Below, piece by piece: positions 53,658-63,929 of a DNA stretch of 64,000 bases. The notes under the pieces are model-generated. The model ran no database searches and was not told the DNA's origin. It saw nothing but the letters and a program-made list of their open reading frames with translations. A program made the position numbers and the translations under genes. Origin of the DNA: Terriglobia bacterium (GTDB taxonomy: Bacteria; Acidobacteriota; Terriglobia; Acidiferrales; UBA7541); NCBI GenBank assembly GCA_963823205.1, contig CAWGKL010000006.1, forward strand, positions 3,072 to 67,071. The letters run 5' to 3'. How positions within the stretch are numbered: position 1 is the stretch's first letter; every line of letters begins with the position of its first letter.

Positions 53658-54287
53658 CTATTGCTGATTGGCGACGTGGAGATCGTGCACGCCGGAAAGC
53701 AGATACACGACCGTGCCCAGCGATTGCGGCACCCACCAGGAGTGGCGCACAAAATTATTGTTGGCGCGCTGCATCTTGTGACTCGCGAAATCGAGCAGCA
53801 CGGGGCAAATCTGAGATACGGCGTAAATGGAGTCGGAGTTCGCCACGGGCCGCAGGAAGGGGTCCTCCTCGCGAGCGCCGTGCGAGACGGCATCGCGCGT
53901 CGCATAGGCATCGAAGGCAGCCGCGCCGTGCTCGACGAGCGAGAGCGCCAGCCACTTCTTGCGCGAGGGCAGCGATTCCGCGTCGAAATGAACCGACTTT
54001 TCCATGGGGAGTTCCGGAACTCGAATCGTCGAAAGTGAGGTCTGCGCCGGCGTATTCATGGCATCCGTATTGAACGCCTCCGTCGTTGCTTCCGGGGCCA
54101 GGTTCACAGGCACCGGGGCGAGAGGGGCATTCATGCTCGTGGGCCTGTCATTCCCCGCTGCAAGGGCCGGTGGTGCGGGACTGCTTGGCGCGGCGGCCGA
54201 TGTCGGCGCCTGCGCTGCCTTTTCTACTGTAAAGGCTTGCGCAACCGGCGCTATCTGAAACAAAAGTGCGGCAACGGCTAGGATCAT
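53658..54287 (-). CDS. secreted hypothetical protein
   Basis: The signal peptide is MILAVAALLFQIAPVAQA. It has an Ala/Pro-rich linker. The C-terminal part has no family I can recognise. Confidence 0.55.
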   Translation of the reverse strand: MILAVAALLFQIAPVAQAFTVEKAAQAPTSAAAPSSPAPPALAAGNDRPTSMNAPLAPVPVNLAPEATTEAFNTDAMNTPAQTSLSTIRVPELPMEKSVHFDAESLPSRKKWLALSLVEHGAAAFDAYATRDAVSHGAREEDPFLRPVANSDSIYAVSQICPVLLDFASHKMQRANNNFVRHSWWVPQSLGTVVYLLSGVHDLHVANQQ

Positions 54288-54686
54288 GAACGGACTCTCC
54301 TCTATTTTTGGTTCTAAGCCGGTCTCGGAATGGGAGAAGCACGGCTAGTACCACGCAGAGAGTCTGCTAAGGCCTGTATTTGCAATAGATGAAGGACTTT
54401 TGGAGAGGCGCCCCGGAGGAATTATCTTTCCACATACCATAGAAGTGGAAGGAAAATTCCACTTTTTGGTCGTTTTCGGGGGGCTAGCAGGGTGGGGCGG
54501 CAGGAACGAGGCGCCGGAGCTCGGCTGACGTTGGTAAGGCCTGCTCTCGCGGGAGATTCGTTGTGTTCCGGGCGGCAGGAGCGTACGATGCGCGAGGCAG
54601 AGGTTCAAATCGGAAATTCCGGGCTAATTGGTAAACCCTGGCATATACTCGGCGACGTTCGCAAGGCAGACGAGGGAGGAAAGAGC

Positions 54687-54965
54687 ATGTTTCACTTGAT
54701 CTGGTACGTTCTTATCGGGCTCATCGCGGGATTCATCGCGAAATCGGTGATGCACGTGAACATAACGTTGTTCTGGACGATGGTGGTCGGCGTGGTCGGA
54801 TCAATCCTCGGCGGCGGCGTCAGCCACATGCTTTGGCGTCCGATGAGCGATCGATTTCATCCCGCCGGCATTATCTTCTCGACATTGGGCGCGATGCTGG
54901 TTCTCTTCATTTGCCATAAGCTGAATATTCATTTCCCGCCCGTGCCTCACCTCTCATTCCATTAG
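54687..54965 (+). CDS. GlsB/YeaQ/YmgE-family small membrane (stress) protein
   Basis: MFHLIWYVLIGLIAGFIAKSVMH...TMVVGVVGSILGG.... A GAGGGAGGAAAG SD is just upstream of ATG 54687. Confidence 0.75.
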   Translation: MFHLIWYVLIGLIAGFIAKSVMHVNITLFWTMVVGVVGSILGGGVSHMLWRPMSDRFHPAGIIFSTLGAMLVLFICHKLNIHFPPVPHLSFH

Positions 54966-55344
54966 GATGGTCGCGTCTCAGGTTGGTTGGAACGCCGCCA
55001 CGTTGCACAAAAATCCCTCGTCAGAGGGGAATTTGCGGGCTTGGAAGCGCTGGACCGGAATAAGCAGCCGCGACGGATTGTGGTAGCTGTGATTCGTGGC
55101 GATGCCGTTGGGGCGCGCCATGGATTCGCTTCGCTCACCACAGGTCTGCGTGCGGCGGTTCGTTTTGCATTATGGCAAGGGACATGGGAAACGGACCGAC
55201 CAGAAAAAAGCCCCACACTTCCCGATACAGAGCATCGGGTCCGGTGTCGGGTCCGATGAAGTGCTCAGCTTCGCTTTTCGTAGTCAGTGTGCAGTGGTCG
55301 GGTCACGCCGCGTGAAGAGTCGCGCCTCCGTCCTCAAGGGTCTG

Positions 55345-57270
55345 TCAGAGATCATAAATCACTTTGGGGGCAAAGGCGGCCCGCAACGCATTCATCACAG
55401 CCAGAATGTCGATAACTTCTTGAGTGATGGCGCCACTTACCGGACTTATATGACCGGTGGCTGCAAAGGCCATGCCAATGACGCTCAGCGCCATACCGCC
55501 CACAGCGCTTTGGAGTGCGATGGATCGCATGCGGCGGCTGATGTGCATGAATTCATCCACTTTGTTCAGGGAGTTATCCATGATCACGACGCCGGCCGCT
55601 TCCGCTGTCACGTCGCTGTTCTCTCCGATGGCCATGCCCACTGTGGCCGCCATCATGGCCGGGGCGTCGTTGATGCCGTCCCCTACATAAAGTGTCTTGG
55701 CGGCGGCAGTTTCCTTGCGGACGATCGCAAGCTTGTCTTCAGGACTTTTCTGAGCGTAGATTTCGGTGATACCCACTTGCTCAGCGAGGTAACGAGCCTC
55801 CGACTCACGATCTCCCGACACGATCATCACCCGCTGGAATTGGTGCTTGGGACCCAAATGCTTCACAAAGGAACGGCTCTCCGCTCGGGGCGCGTCGCGA
55901 AAGCGGAGGGTGGCCGCGTAGCGACTGTCGATTGCCACGACGCACTCGAGTCCGCCGCCGAGCGGTGGGAGTTGATCGATGCCAGAGATCCCTTGTGCCG
56001 CGAGCTTGGCGCGGCTAGTGATCTGTAATTGATGGCCCGAGATGGTTCCTCGCAGCCCCCGGCCGGGGTGTTCGCTCACCTCCGTAGCCTCGGGGAGCTC
56101 CAGAGCTTCTTCTTTCGCCGACGTGAGGATGGCTCTCGCCAACGGATGCTTGGAGTAACGCTCCAGACTTGCCACGAGTGTCAGCACCTCCCGCTGCGCA
56201 AAGCCAGGGGCAATGAGTTGCTCCGTCAGTTTTGGCTGGCCATAGGTGAGCGTCCCGGTTTTGTCGAAAATCGCGGTCCGACATCCGGCGATTTGCTCAA
56301 GTACGACCGGACTCTTGACGATGATCGCCCTGCGGGCGCAGAGGGAAATCGAGCCCATGATTGCGATGGGGATGGCGAGAAGCAAAGGGCAAGGCGTGGC
56401 AATGACCAACACAGCAAGGAAGCGGATCGATTCACCACTGATTACCCAGGCTAGAATCGCCACCGCCAGCGCGACCGGCGTGTAAATGGCTCCGAGTTGA
56501 TCGCCAAGCCGCCGCAACTGAGGCCGCTGAGACTCGGACTCGCGCATGACTTCCATGATCTTCGCGTAGCGCGAATCGGCCGGTCGCTGAGTTGTGCGAA
56601 TAGTCAGGGCCGACTCGCCGTTGATCGCGCCGGAGATCACCGTCGAGCCGCTGGTTTTAGTAATCTTGAATGGCTCACCGGTGAGATAGGATTCATCCAT
56701 CACCCCGTGGCCATCGGTCACGACGCCATCCGCCGGACAGATCTCGTGCGGATAAATCACGAGGGCATCACCCACGGCAATCTCCGCCAATGCCACATCC
56801 AGCACTTCCGTTGTGCGTTTTCGGTGGGCAATCGAAGGCATCCGTTTAGCCAGCGCTGCAAGGACCGAAGAGGCGCTCCGCAAGGCATAACTTTCCAATG
56901 CTTCTCCGCCAGAAAGCATCAAGACGATAATCGAGCCGGCCAGATATTCGCCCAGCAGGATGGAAGTAATGATGGAAATCCCCCCCAGCAGATCGGAACC
57001 AAATTCCCGCTTCAGGAGCTTCCGAAGCAGGTCATAGAGGAGCGGAAGGCCCCCGATAACGAGCGTGGACAGCAGTGGAATCTGATAGATGCGCGGCGTG
57101 GTGTGAAAGCCGAAGCGGAGCACCAGATGGAGGGAAATTGTCGCGACGGAAAACGCCGCAATAACCGTGGACTTGCGGCGCCAAAGACTGGAGAGGAGCG
57201 ATTGACTCAGCTTTGGCTGTGCGACGTTGACTTGGCCACTGGACAATGGTTTTTTCAAAGTAGTCTTCAT
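55345..57270 (-). CDS. P1B-type heavy-metal-translocating ATPase with TM4 motif TPCP and no N-terminal HMA domain
   Basis: GEPFKITK, VIATPCPLLLAIP, AIFDKTGTLTYG, MIVSGD and YVGDGINDAPAMM are present. The start was chosen at the internal Met (MKTTLKKPL). Confidence 0.9.
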   Translation of the reverse strand: MKTTLKKPLSSGQVNVAQPKLSQSLLSSLWRRKSTVIAAFSVATISLHLVLRFGFHTTPRIYQIPLLSTLVIGGLPLLYDLLRKLLKREFGSDLLGGISIITSILLGEYLAGSIIVLMLSGGEALESYALRSASSVLAALAKRMPSIAHRKRTTEVLDVALAEIAVGDALVIYPHEICPADGVVTDGHGVMDESYLTGEPFKITKTSGSTVISGAINGESALTIRTTQRPADSRYAKIMEVMRESESQRPQLRRLGDQLGAIYTPVALAVAILAWVISGESIRFLAVLVIATPCPLLLAIPIAIMGSISLCARRAIIVKSPVVLEQIAGCRTAIFDKTGTLTYGQPKLTEQLIAPGFAQREVLTLVASLERYSKHPLARAILTSAKEEALELPEATEVSEHPGRGLRGTISGHQLQITSRAKLAAQGISGIDQLPPLGGGLECVVAIDSRYAATLRFRDAPRAESRSFVKHLGPKHQFQRVMIVSGDRESEARYLAEQVGITEIYAQKSPEDKLAIVRKETAAAKTLYVGDGINDAPAMMAATVGMAIGENSDVTAEAAGVVIMDNSLNKVDEFMHISRRMRSIALQSAVGGMALSVIGMAFAATGHISPVSGAITQEVIDILAVMNALRAAFAPKVIYDL

Positions 57271-57487
57271 AGCGAACGAGCCCAGCCGCTGTCGTAGCCG
57301 TAATTCACCGTGCGCCCGCTCTTCTCCGTTACGCTCGTCCGATGGCCCGCCGCATCCAGCGTGTAGGCATGGCCGAAATTCGCCGGCGGTATCACCGTGT
57401 ACGACGCGCCGTGAATGATACTCCCTGCCTGGTGCAGTACGCCTAGCAGCCGTGAGGCGCTCCATTCCCTTATCCCACAATAAGAAG

Positions 57488-58348
57488 CTAGCGGGCTAGC
57501 GAGGTCACGATAAGATAGGACCGCAGCCGCGGATCCATCCAGTCGCGCAGCGCGTCACCGAGAAGATTGAAGGCCAGCACAGCGGCCATCACGGCCAGCG
57601 CCGGGAAGATTACCAGATGCGGCGCGTCGAAGAGGTGGCTGCGCCCGTCGTTGAGCATCGCGCCCCAGCTGGGCATGGGCGCGAGCACGCCCAGCCCCAG
57701 AAAGCTCAGGGTGGACTCCGCCAGAATCGCCCCGGCCATGCCGATCGTCGCCTGCACAAGCACGGGCGGAAGAATATTGGGCAGAATGTGGCGGACGAGA
57801 ATCCGGGCATGCGACGCTCCGAGCGAACGCGCCGCGAGAACGTACTCCATTTCCTTGGCCTGCAAGACCTGCGCGCGAGCGAGCCGCGCATAGCCGGCCC
57901 AGCCTGTGACGACGAGCGCGAGAATCACCTTGCCGATCCCCGGCCCCAGAAACGCGGCGAAGGCGATGGCCAGCAGGATTCCGGGGAAGGAAAGAAACGC
58001 ATTGATGAGCACGATGTTCACGAACCCGTCGAACCACCGGCCGCAATACCCGGCGATCGAACCGATCGCGAGGCCGGTGATCCCCGCGCCGAGCACGACG
58101 CACACGCTCACGAGCATGGATATGCGCGCGCCGAAGAGAATGCGCGAGAGGATGTCGCGCCCCAATTCGTCCGTGCCCATCCAGTGCGCCGCGCTCGGCG
58201 GGGCCAGCCGCGCGGCCAGATTTTGCGCCGTGGGATCGGCAGGCGCGAGCCACGGCGCCGTTATCGCCACGAAAACGAGCACGACCGCCAGAGCCAGTCC
58301 CACGCGGGCGGGTCCATTGCGCCGGAGATAATCGAAAAAATTTCTCAT
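57488..58348 (-). CDS. ABC transporter permease, DppC/OppC type
   Basis: GTDELGRDILSRILFGARISMLVSV...LARAQVLQAKEMEYVLAARSLGAS. Its ATG overlaps the upstream stop (ATGA). Confidence 0.9.
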   Translation of the reverse strand: MRNFFDYLRRNGPARVGLALAVVLVFVAITAPWLAPADPTAQNLAARLAPPSAAHWMGTDELGRDILSRILFGARISMLVSVCVVLGAGITGLAIGSIAGYCGRWFDGFVNIVLINAFLSFPGILLAIAFAAFLGPGIGKVILALVVTGWAGYARLARAQVLQAKEMEYVLAARSLGASHARILVRHILPNILPPVLVQATIGMAGAILAESTLSFLGLGVLAPMPSWGAMLNDGRSHLFDAPHLVIFPALAVMAAVLAFNLLGDALRDWMDPRLRSYLIVTSLAR

Positions 58349-59265
58349 TCCAAGCGCACCCGCGGATCGGCCACGGCGCAGGCCAGGTCCGTCAAGAAAT
58401 TCACGGCCACGTACGAAACGGCGATCAGCAGAATACAGCCCTGCAGCAGGGGATAATCGCGCGCCTGGATGGCCTGCACGGTCAGCCGCCCGATCCCCGG
58501 CCAGGAGAAAATCGTTTCCGTGACGATGGCGCCCGCCAGCAGGGTGCCGAACTGCAACCCAAGCATGGTGAGAATGGGTATCAGGGCGTTTCGAAATGCG
58601 TGGCGAAATAATACCGCCCCCTCCGAAAGCCCCTTGGCCCGCGCCGTGCGGACGTAGTCGCTCGAAAGCTCTTCCATCGTCGCCGTTCGAACCATGCGCG
58701 TCAGGATCGCGGCAATCGCCGCGCCCAGCGTGATCGCCGGCAGCACCAGATGCGCAATTCCTCCGCGCCCCGACACCGGCAGCCAGCCCAAAATTACGCT
58801 GAACAGAAGGATGAGGACCGGGCCCAGCGCAAAATTGGGAATGGAAAGTCCCAGGAGCGTGAACACACCCACGGCGTGGTCCGTGGCTCCCCCGCGCCGC
58901 TCCGCGGCCGCGAGCCCCGCGGGTATTCCTATCGCCGCGCATACCAGCAACGCCACGACCGCCAACTCCAGCGTGGCGGGGTAGTGCGACAGCACTACTT
59001 GCGCGACCGGCTGCTGAAAGCGGAACGATTCGCCCAAATCGCCGTGGAGAACTCCCTTGATATAGCGCCCGTATTGCACCGGCACCGGCAAGTCCAGCCC
59101 CAGCGTATGCCTCAGTTGCTGTATGTCTTCGGCGCGCGCGCCTTCGCCGAGCATCTGCTGGACAGGATCACCCGGAACGATATGCGCGAGCATGAACACC
59201 ATCGTGACGATCAGCCACAGCGCCGGGAGGGCCAGCAGGAGGCGAAAAAATATGTAGCGTGTCAT
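58345..59265 (-). CDS. ABC transporter permease, DppB/OppB type
   Basis: MTRYIFFRLLLALPALWLIVTMVFMLAHIVPGDPV...SDYVRTARAKGLSEGAVLFRHAFRNALIPILT. Confidence 0.9.
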   Translation of the reverse strand: MTRYIFFRLLLALPALWLIVTMVFMLAHIVPGDPVQQMLGEGARAEDIQQLRHTLGLDLPVPVQYGRYIKGVLHGDLGESFRFQQPVAQVVLSHYPATLELAVVALLVCAAIGIPAGLAAAERRGGATDHAVGVFTLLGLSIPNFALGPVLILLFSVILGWLPVSGRGGIAHLVLPAITLGAAIAAILTRMVRTATMEELSSDYVRTARAKGLSEGAVLFRHAFRNALIPILTMLGLQFGTLLAGAIVTETIFSWPGIGRLTVQAIQARDYPLLQGCILLIAVSYVAVNFLTDLACAVADPRVRLE

Positions 59266-60734
59266 TTTCCGCGCCGGCCCGCCTTGCGGGAGGCTTGCCC
59301 GCCGCCGCGGGCCTGCCCGGAAGGGTTTGCAGCGGCAGCGGCAGCGGCAGCCGCCTGGGATTGCTCCGCCGAATCGGCGGGAAGGGAGTGTTCGGGCGGG
59401 GCTCCCGGCGCGGAGCGCAGCGGCTTGATCTTCACGCGCGAAACGCGGCGGTGATCCATTTCCATCACCGTAAAGCGGTAGCCGCCGGCTTCAAAGCTTT
59501 CACGCCCGCGGGGCATGAACCCCAGCCGGCTGAGGATGAATCCACCGAGCGTTTCATACGACGGGTCTTCGGGCAGGGCGATGTTGTACTGCGTCTCGAG
59601 GTCGCGCACGTTGATGGCGGCGTCGAAAATCATCCCGCCATCGGCGAGCACGAGCGGCCATTCGACTACGTCGAATTCGTCGTGGATTTCGCCGACCATC
59701 TGCTCGAGGATGTCTTCGAGCGTCACCAGCCCCAGAATGCTCCCAAACTCGTCCACGACCATGGCCAGGCCCGTGCGGCGCGCGCGGAATTCCAGCAGCA
59801 ATTCGCTGGCGGGCTTCGTCTCGGGCACGATCAGAGCATCGCGCACCAGATTCTTCAACCGGAATTCGCCGGCGGGCGAACCCTCCTCGCCGGGCCGCAG
59901 ACGATCAAGCAGGACCCAGATCATATCCTTGATGTGGATAAAACCGAGAATGTGGTCGAGCGAGCCTTCGTAGACGGGAATGCGCGACCGCTGCGTGGTC
60001 GCGAACATTCTCATCACCTCTTCCAGGCCAGCATCGGAGCGCAGCGCGTAGATGTCCGGGCGCGGCACCATCACTTCGCGCACCTGCACCTGCCCCAGCT
60101 CCATCGCGTTTTGAATGAATTTCACGTCCACGGGAGGCAGCAGCCCGCGGTCGCCCGCCTGCTGGATCATGATTTGCAACTCTTCGGTGGAACGCGCCAG
60201 GGTGTGGCTGTGAGACGACGCCACACCCATCACCCCCAGAATCTTTTCGGAAACGCCGTCCAGCAGATCAATCGCCCACCGAAACGTGTTCAGAAACCAA
60301 GAAAAAGGCCGGGCCACTAGCAGCGCCACGCGCTCGGCCCGCGCCAGGCTCAGCCCCTTGGGCACCAGCTCGCCGAGAATCACTTGCAGCACGGTAAGCA
60401 GCGCGAAGGCCAGCACGAGCGCCGCGCCGTGCGCGACGACGGCGCCCCAGGGGCTGGCCATCTTCCCCACGAGGGCGCCCAAAATCCCCGCCAGCGTAAT
60501 CTCACCCAGATAGCCGAGCAGCAGGCTCGCGAGCGTTACCCCCACTTGCACGCCGGAAACCACGCGCCCCATGTCGCTGACGAGCTGTTCGACGATCCGC
60601 GCGCGCGGGTCGCCTTCCTCGACGAGCTGTCGCACGCGCGAAAGCCGCACGGCCACGAGCGAGAACTCCGTGGCGGCGAAAAAGGCGTTCACGCCGACTA
60701 GAAATAGGACGCCGAATAGGTGCAGTGCGCTCAT
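59262..60734 (-). CDS. CNNM/HlyC-CorC-family transporter (DUF21 + CBS pair + CorC_HlyC) with Ala-rich tail
   Basis: LFLVGVNAFFAATEFSLVAVRLSRVRQL, a CBS pair (VREVMVPRPDIYAL...; ...LAMVVDEFGSILGLVTLEDILE) and a C-terminal transporter-associated domain are present. Confidence 0.88.
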   Translation of the reverse strand: MSALHLFGVLFLVGVNAFFAATEFSLVAVRLSRVRQLVEEGDPRARIVEQLVSDMGRVVSGVQVGVTLASLLLGYLGEITLAGILGALVGKMASPWGAVVAHGAALVLAFALLTVLQVILGELVPKGLSLARAERVALLVARPFSWFLNTFRWAIDLLDGVSEKILGVMGVASSHSHTLARSTEELQIMIQQAGDRGLLPPVDVKFIQNAMELGQVQVREVMVPRPDIYALRSDAGLEEVMRMFATTQRSRIPVYEGSLDHILGFIHIKDMIWVLLDRLRPGEEGSPAGEFRLKNLVRDALIVPETKPASELLLEFRARRTGLAMVVDEFGSILGLVTLEDILEQMVGEIHDEFDVVEWPLVLADGGMIFDAAINVRDLETQYNIALPEDPSYETLGGFILSRLGFMPRGRESFEAGGYRFTVMEMDHRRVSRVKIKPLRSAPGAPPEHSLPADSAEQSQAAAAAAAAANPSGQARGGGQASRKAGRRGK

Positions 60735-60868
60735 GGGGCTGCGATAGGGGTCACCGCTGGATTCTGTATCGTTTTAGCGGGCCGCGCAAGGGGAGCGAAA
60801 TAATGTGTTTTTGGCGCTCCCGAGCGGCGTAGCTGCGCCAGAATTTAGCCCAGCCCGGAAGGATTGGG

Positions 60869-61285
60869 TCAGGTTGTGACGACGCTCACGCGTGCGGAAG
60901 CAGCAGCGCGTCGCAAGGCGCCGTCGGTCGTTGCCAGGGGCAAACCCGAACGCATGGCGAGCGACAGATATGCCGCGTCATAGTTTGTCAGGCCGTGCGC
61001 CTGCGCGAGGGCGGTCAATTCGAGGATTTCGGAGGGAATTTGCTGCGCGGCCTCGATCGGGAGAGCCTTCAATCGCGTGACAAACCCGTTAACTTGGTCG
61101 AGGCTGATTCGTTTGCGCCGGTGGGCCATCAGCAAGCCGTTGCCAACTTCATAGAACCACAAGAGGGGAACCAGGGCGCGCCTTTCGGAAAGGCTTTGAA
61201 GGACGGCCACGCTGTATTCTCGATCCGCTTCGTCTTCCAGAAACCACTGGAGCGCCAGAGAAGCGTCCAGCACGAAATCACTCAC
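60869..61285 (-). CDS. vapC: PIN-domain toxin VapC
   Basis: MSDFVLDASLALQWFLEDE...LWFYEVGN...NYDAAYLSLAMRSGLPLATTDGAL. Confidence 0.85.
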   Translation of the reverse strand: MSDFVLDASLALQWFLEDEADREYSVAVLQSLSERRALVPLLWFYEVGNGLLMAHRRKRISLDQVNGFVTRLKALPIEAAQQIPSEILELTALAQAHGLTNYDAAYLSLAMRSGLPLATTDGALRRAAASARVSVVTT

Positions 61286-61539
61286 AGACGGTGGCCCTCG
61301 CGAATCAGGTCCTTAACCGAGACACCTTCGAGGCGCACGCGATTCTTCTCAACAAAGGCGAGCATTTCGCGAACAGCTTCGCGCTCGGCGCCATTAGGGG
61401 TCCCGGCAACCGAGGATTGTTCCCTCTCGCGCAGAATTTGCAGGGCTTTGCCAATCACTTCCTCTGCGTTGCGGAAATGGCCGGTTTTGAGCTTGTCCTT
61501 GACGATCTTTTCCTGCTCGGGCGTCAGATGGATGTTCAT
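61282..61539 (-). CDS. type II antitoxin (ParD/RHH-like) of the adjacent VapC
   Basis: MNIHLTPEQEKIVKDKLKTGHFRNAEEVIGKALQILRERE.... It overlaps vapC by 4 nt. Confidence 0.75.
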   Translation of the reverse strand: MNIHLTPEQEKIVKDKLKTGHFRNAEEVIGKALQILREREQSSVAGTPNGAEREAVREMLAFVEKNRVRLEGVSVKDLIREGHRL

Positions 61540-61901
61540 CGCCTTAGGCTCCAGGGTTCCAGTGCCACTATGATAGCAGTCTCACCGCTCTTCGGTGAAC
61601 GGATCCTTTGCACGGCGTGCGCCGCGTTCCGCTTCGCCACGCCGTTGCATCCCACTTGCGCGGCCGCCATTGGAGGATGCAAAATCCACTCATGGCTCTC
61701 GAATTCACCACGCCGTATGTCCACGAAGGGCGCCTCGGTGCCTCCCTGCGTCCTTGCTTCCTCGCACCCCTGCCTCCCTTCTGCTGTTCCACAAGAAAAT
61801 TGGTGCCATTCTGCGGCGTGGGTTAGAATGCTGCCTCAATTGGCTAGCAGGCGGGCCAGCGGGTTTCGCAATGGGAATGGCGCGGCGCGGGTGAAAATGA
61901 G

Positions 61902-62171
61902 ATGAGTCCAGCTCCGAACAAAGCTCCGGAACCGCAGCGCAAGGGCGAATTCGAAAAGTCGCTCACGCGGCTCGAAGAAGTCGTGAAGCGCCTGGAAAGC
62001 ACGGACCTTTCGCTCGATGAAGCCATGAAGCTCTTCGAAGAGGGCGTAAAGCTTTCGCACGAATGCCAGAAGCAACTGGAGGAAGCCGAAGGGCGCGTGG
62101 AAATTCTGTTGAAGAAGGCGGACGGCAAGATTGTTGCGGAGCCGTTCGAGCCGGAAGATGAATCCTCCTAG
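61902..62171 (+). CDS. xseB: exodeoxyribonuclease VII small subunit
   Basis: FEKSLTRLEEVVKRLESTDLSLDEAMKLFEEGVKLSHECQKQLEEAEGRVEIL. Confidence 0.9.
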   Translation: MSPAPNKAPEPQRKGEFEKSLTRLEEVVKRLESTDLSLDEAMKLFEEGVKLSHECQKQLEEAEGRVEILLKKADGKIVAEPFEPEDESS

Positions 62172-62233
62172 CGCGGAGCCCGACTTCCCTGTCATCGCCA
62201 GCCAGTCCGCGCTCGTCGCATCCCGCCGCGCGC

Positions 62234-63114
62234 ATGAAGCTTCCCGATTTTTTCGAGGCGGACCACGCCTCCGTCGAAGCGGCTCTGGAAAAGCTTCTCC
62301 CGCCGGAGAAGACGCCGCCGCCCTCGATTCATCGCGCCATGCGCTACAGCGTGTTTGCGGGCGGAAAGCGGATTCGTCCCATTCTGTGCCTGGAAGCGGC
62401 GCGCATGTTCACGGAAAATATCGAGGGCGCCGTTCATGCCAGGTGCGCGCTCGAATTCATCCACACCTATTCGCTGATTCACGACGATCTTCCCGCGCTC
62501 GATAACGACGATCTACGCCGCGGCAAACCGACGTGCCACAAAGTGTTCGGCGAGGCGCTCGCGATTCTGGCCGGCGACGCGCTGCTGACGCTGGCCTTCC
62601 AGACGCTGGCCGCCGCTCCCATCGAGCCGGCCCGCCGCGTGCGCGTGATTGCCGAAATCGCCGCCGCCGCCGGGACGGTCGGCGGCATGGTCGGCGGACA
62701 AGTGGCCGATCTCGAGGCCGAACGAAAGCCGGTCGACGCCGCGACGCTCGAATATATTCACCGATCGAAAACGGCGGCGCTGATTCGCGGCTCGATTGTC
62801 GCCGGGGCCATCGCCGGGGGCGCCGCGCACGAGGATGTCGAGCGGCTGCGCGGTTCGGCGAAAACATCGGCTGGGCGTTTCAGGTGGTCGACGACATACT
62901 CGATGTGGAAGAATCCTCCGCCGCGCTCGGGAAGACGGCCGGCAAAGACCAGGCCCAGCAGAAGGCCACCTACCCCGCGCTCTACGGCATCGAAAAATCG
63001 CGCGCCATCGCCGCCGATCTGGAAGCAAAGGCGCTCGGTGAACTCGATTCCCGCGGCGAGCGGGCCATGCGGCTGCGGCAGCTCGCGCAATATCTCGTCG
63101 CGCGGCGGTCATGA
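62234..63114 (+). CDS. ispA: (2E,6E)-farnesyl diphosphate synthase / polyprenyl synthetase (1 frame disruption near 62848)
   Basis: GGKRIRPIL...EFIHTYSLIHDDLPALDNDDLRRGKPTCH is followed, after the shift, by FGENIGWAFQVVDDILDVEESSAALGKTAGKD. Confidence 0.92.
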
Positions 63115-63130
63115 ATTGCGCGGGGCGTGA

Positions 63131-63906
63131 ATGGGATGGTCGCTGAGCGCTCGGAAAAACAATCCCCGGCCCGGAAAATCGCGCCTCGATGTGCTTCTCG
63201 TGGAGCGCGGCCTGGCGCCCTCGCGCGAGCGCGCGCAGGCATTGCTTCTGGCTGGGCAGGTAAGTGTGAACGGCGCGCGAGCCGAAAAGCCGGGAAGCCA
63301 AATTTCCATCGATGCCCGAATCGAAATCACGGGCGAAACGCTGCGCTACGCAAGCCGGGGAGGGCTGAAGCTCGAAGGCGCACTCGAGGATTTTGGAATA
63401 ACGCCGCGCGGCAAAATCTGCCTGGATATCGGCAGCTCGACCGGCGGCTTCACGGATTGCCTGCTCGAGCATGGCGCGCGCAAGGTGTATGCCGTGGACG
63501 TGACCATCGACGCAGCTCGATTGGAAGCTGCGCCAGGACGAGCGCGTGTCGAACGATTGAGTGCAATGCGCGCTACCTGCGGCCGGAGGACGTCGGCGAG
63601 GCCGTGGAATTGATTACCGTGGACGTGTCGTTCATTTCGGTCACCAAGATTCTTTCCGCGATTCTTCCGGTTGCGGCTCCCGGCGCGGATTTTTTGATTC
63701 TCATCAAGCCGCAATTCGAGCTGGAAAAGCGCGAGGTGGGCAAGGGCGGGATCGTGCGCGACGCGCGGCTGCGCGAAAAGGCCATCGAGCGGGTGACCAC
63801 CGCGGCGGCGCGCGCCGGCGTGGCCATCGCAGGCGTGCGGCCCAGCCGGCTCGCGGGCGCCGGAAGGCAACCAGGAGTTTTTTCTTCACGCGCGGCGGCG
63901 CGAGTA
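63131..63906 (+). CDS. tlyA: TlyA-family rRNA (cytidine-2'-O)-methyltransferase (three frame disruptions, about 63512, 63550, 63853)
   Basis: RLDVLLVERGLAPSRERAQALLLAGQVSVNG (S4 domain), YASRGGLKLEGAL...DIGSSTGGFTDCLLEHGARKVYAVDV, then QLDWKLRQDERV, then NARYLRPEDV...VDVSFISVTKIL...LIKPQFE, then PEGNQEFFLHARRRE* in successive frames. Confidence 0.88.
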
Positions 63907-63929
63907 GAATAGAATGGCGCGTTCAAGCA

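Noticed and set aside
61540-61901. Missing or decayed xseA upstream of xseB
   Set aside because: The 360-nt gap has no fragments resembling the XseA OB-fold or catalytic regions in any frame, and xseA is frequently unlinked from xseB. There is no evidence for a pseudogene.
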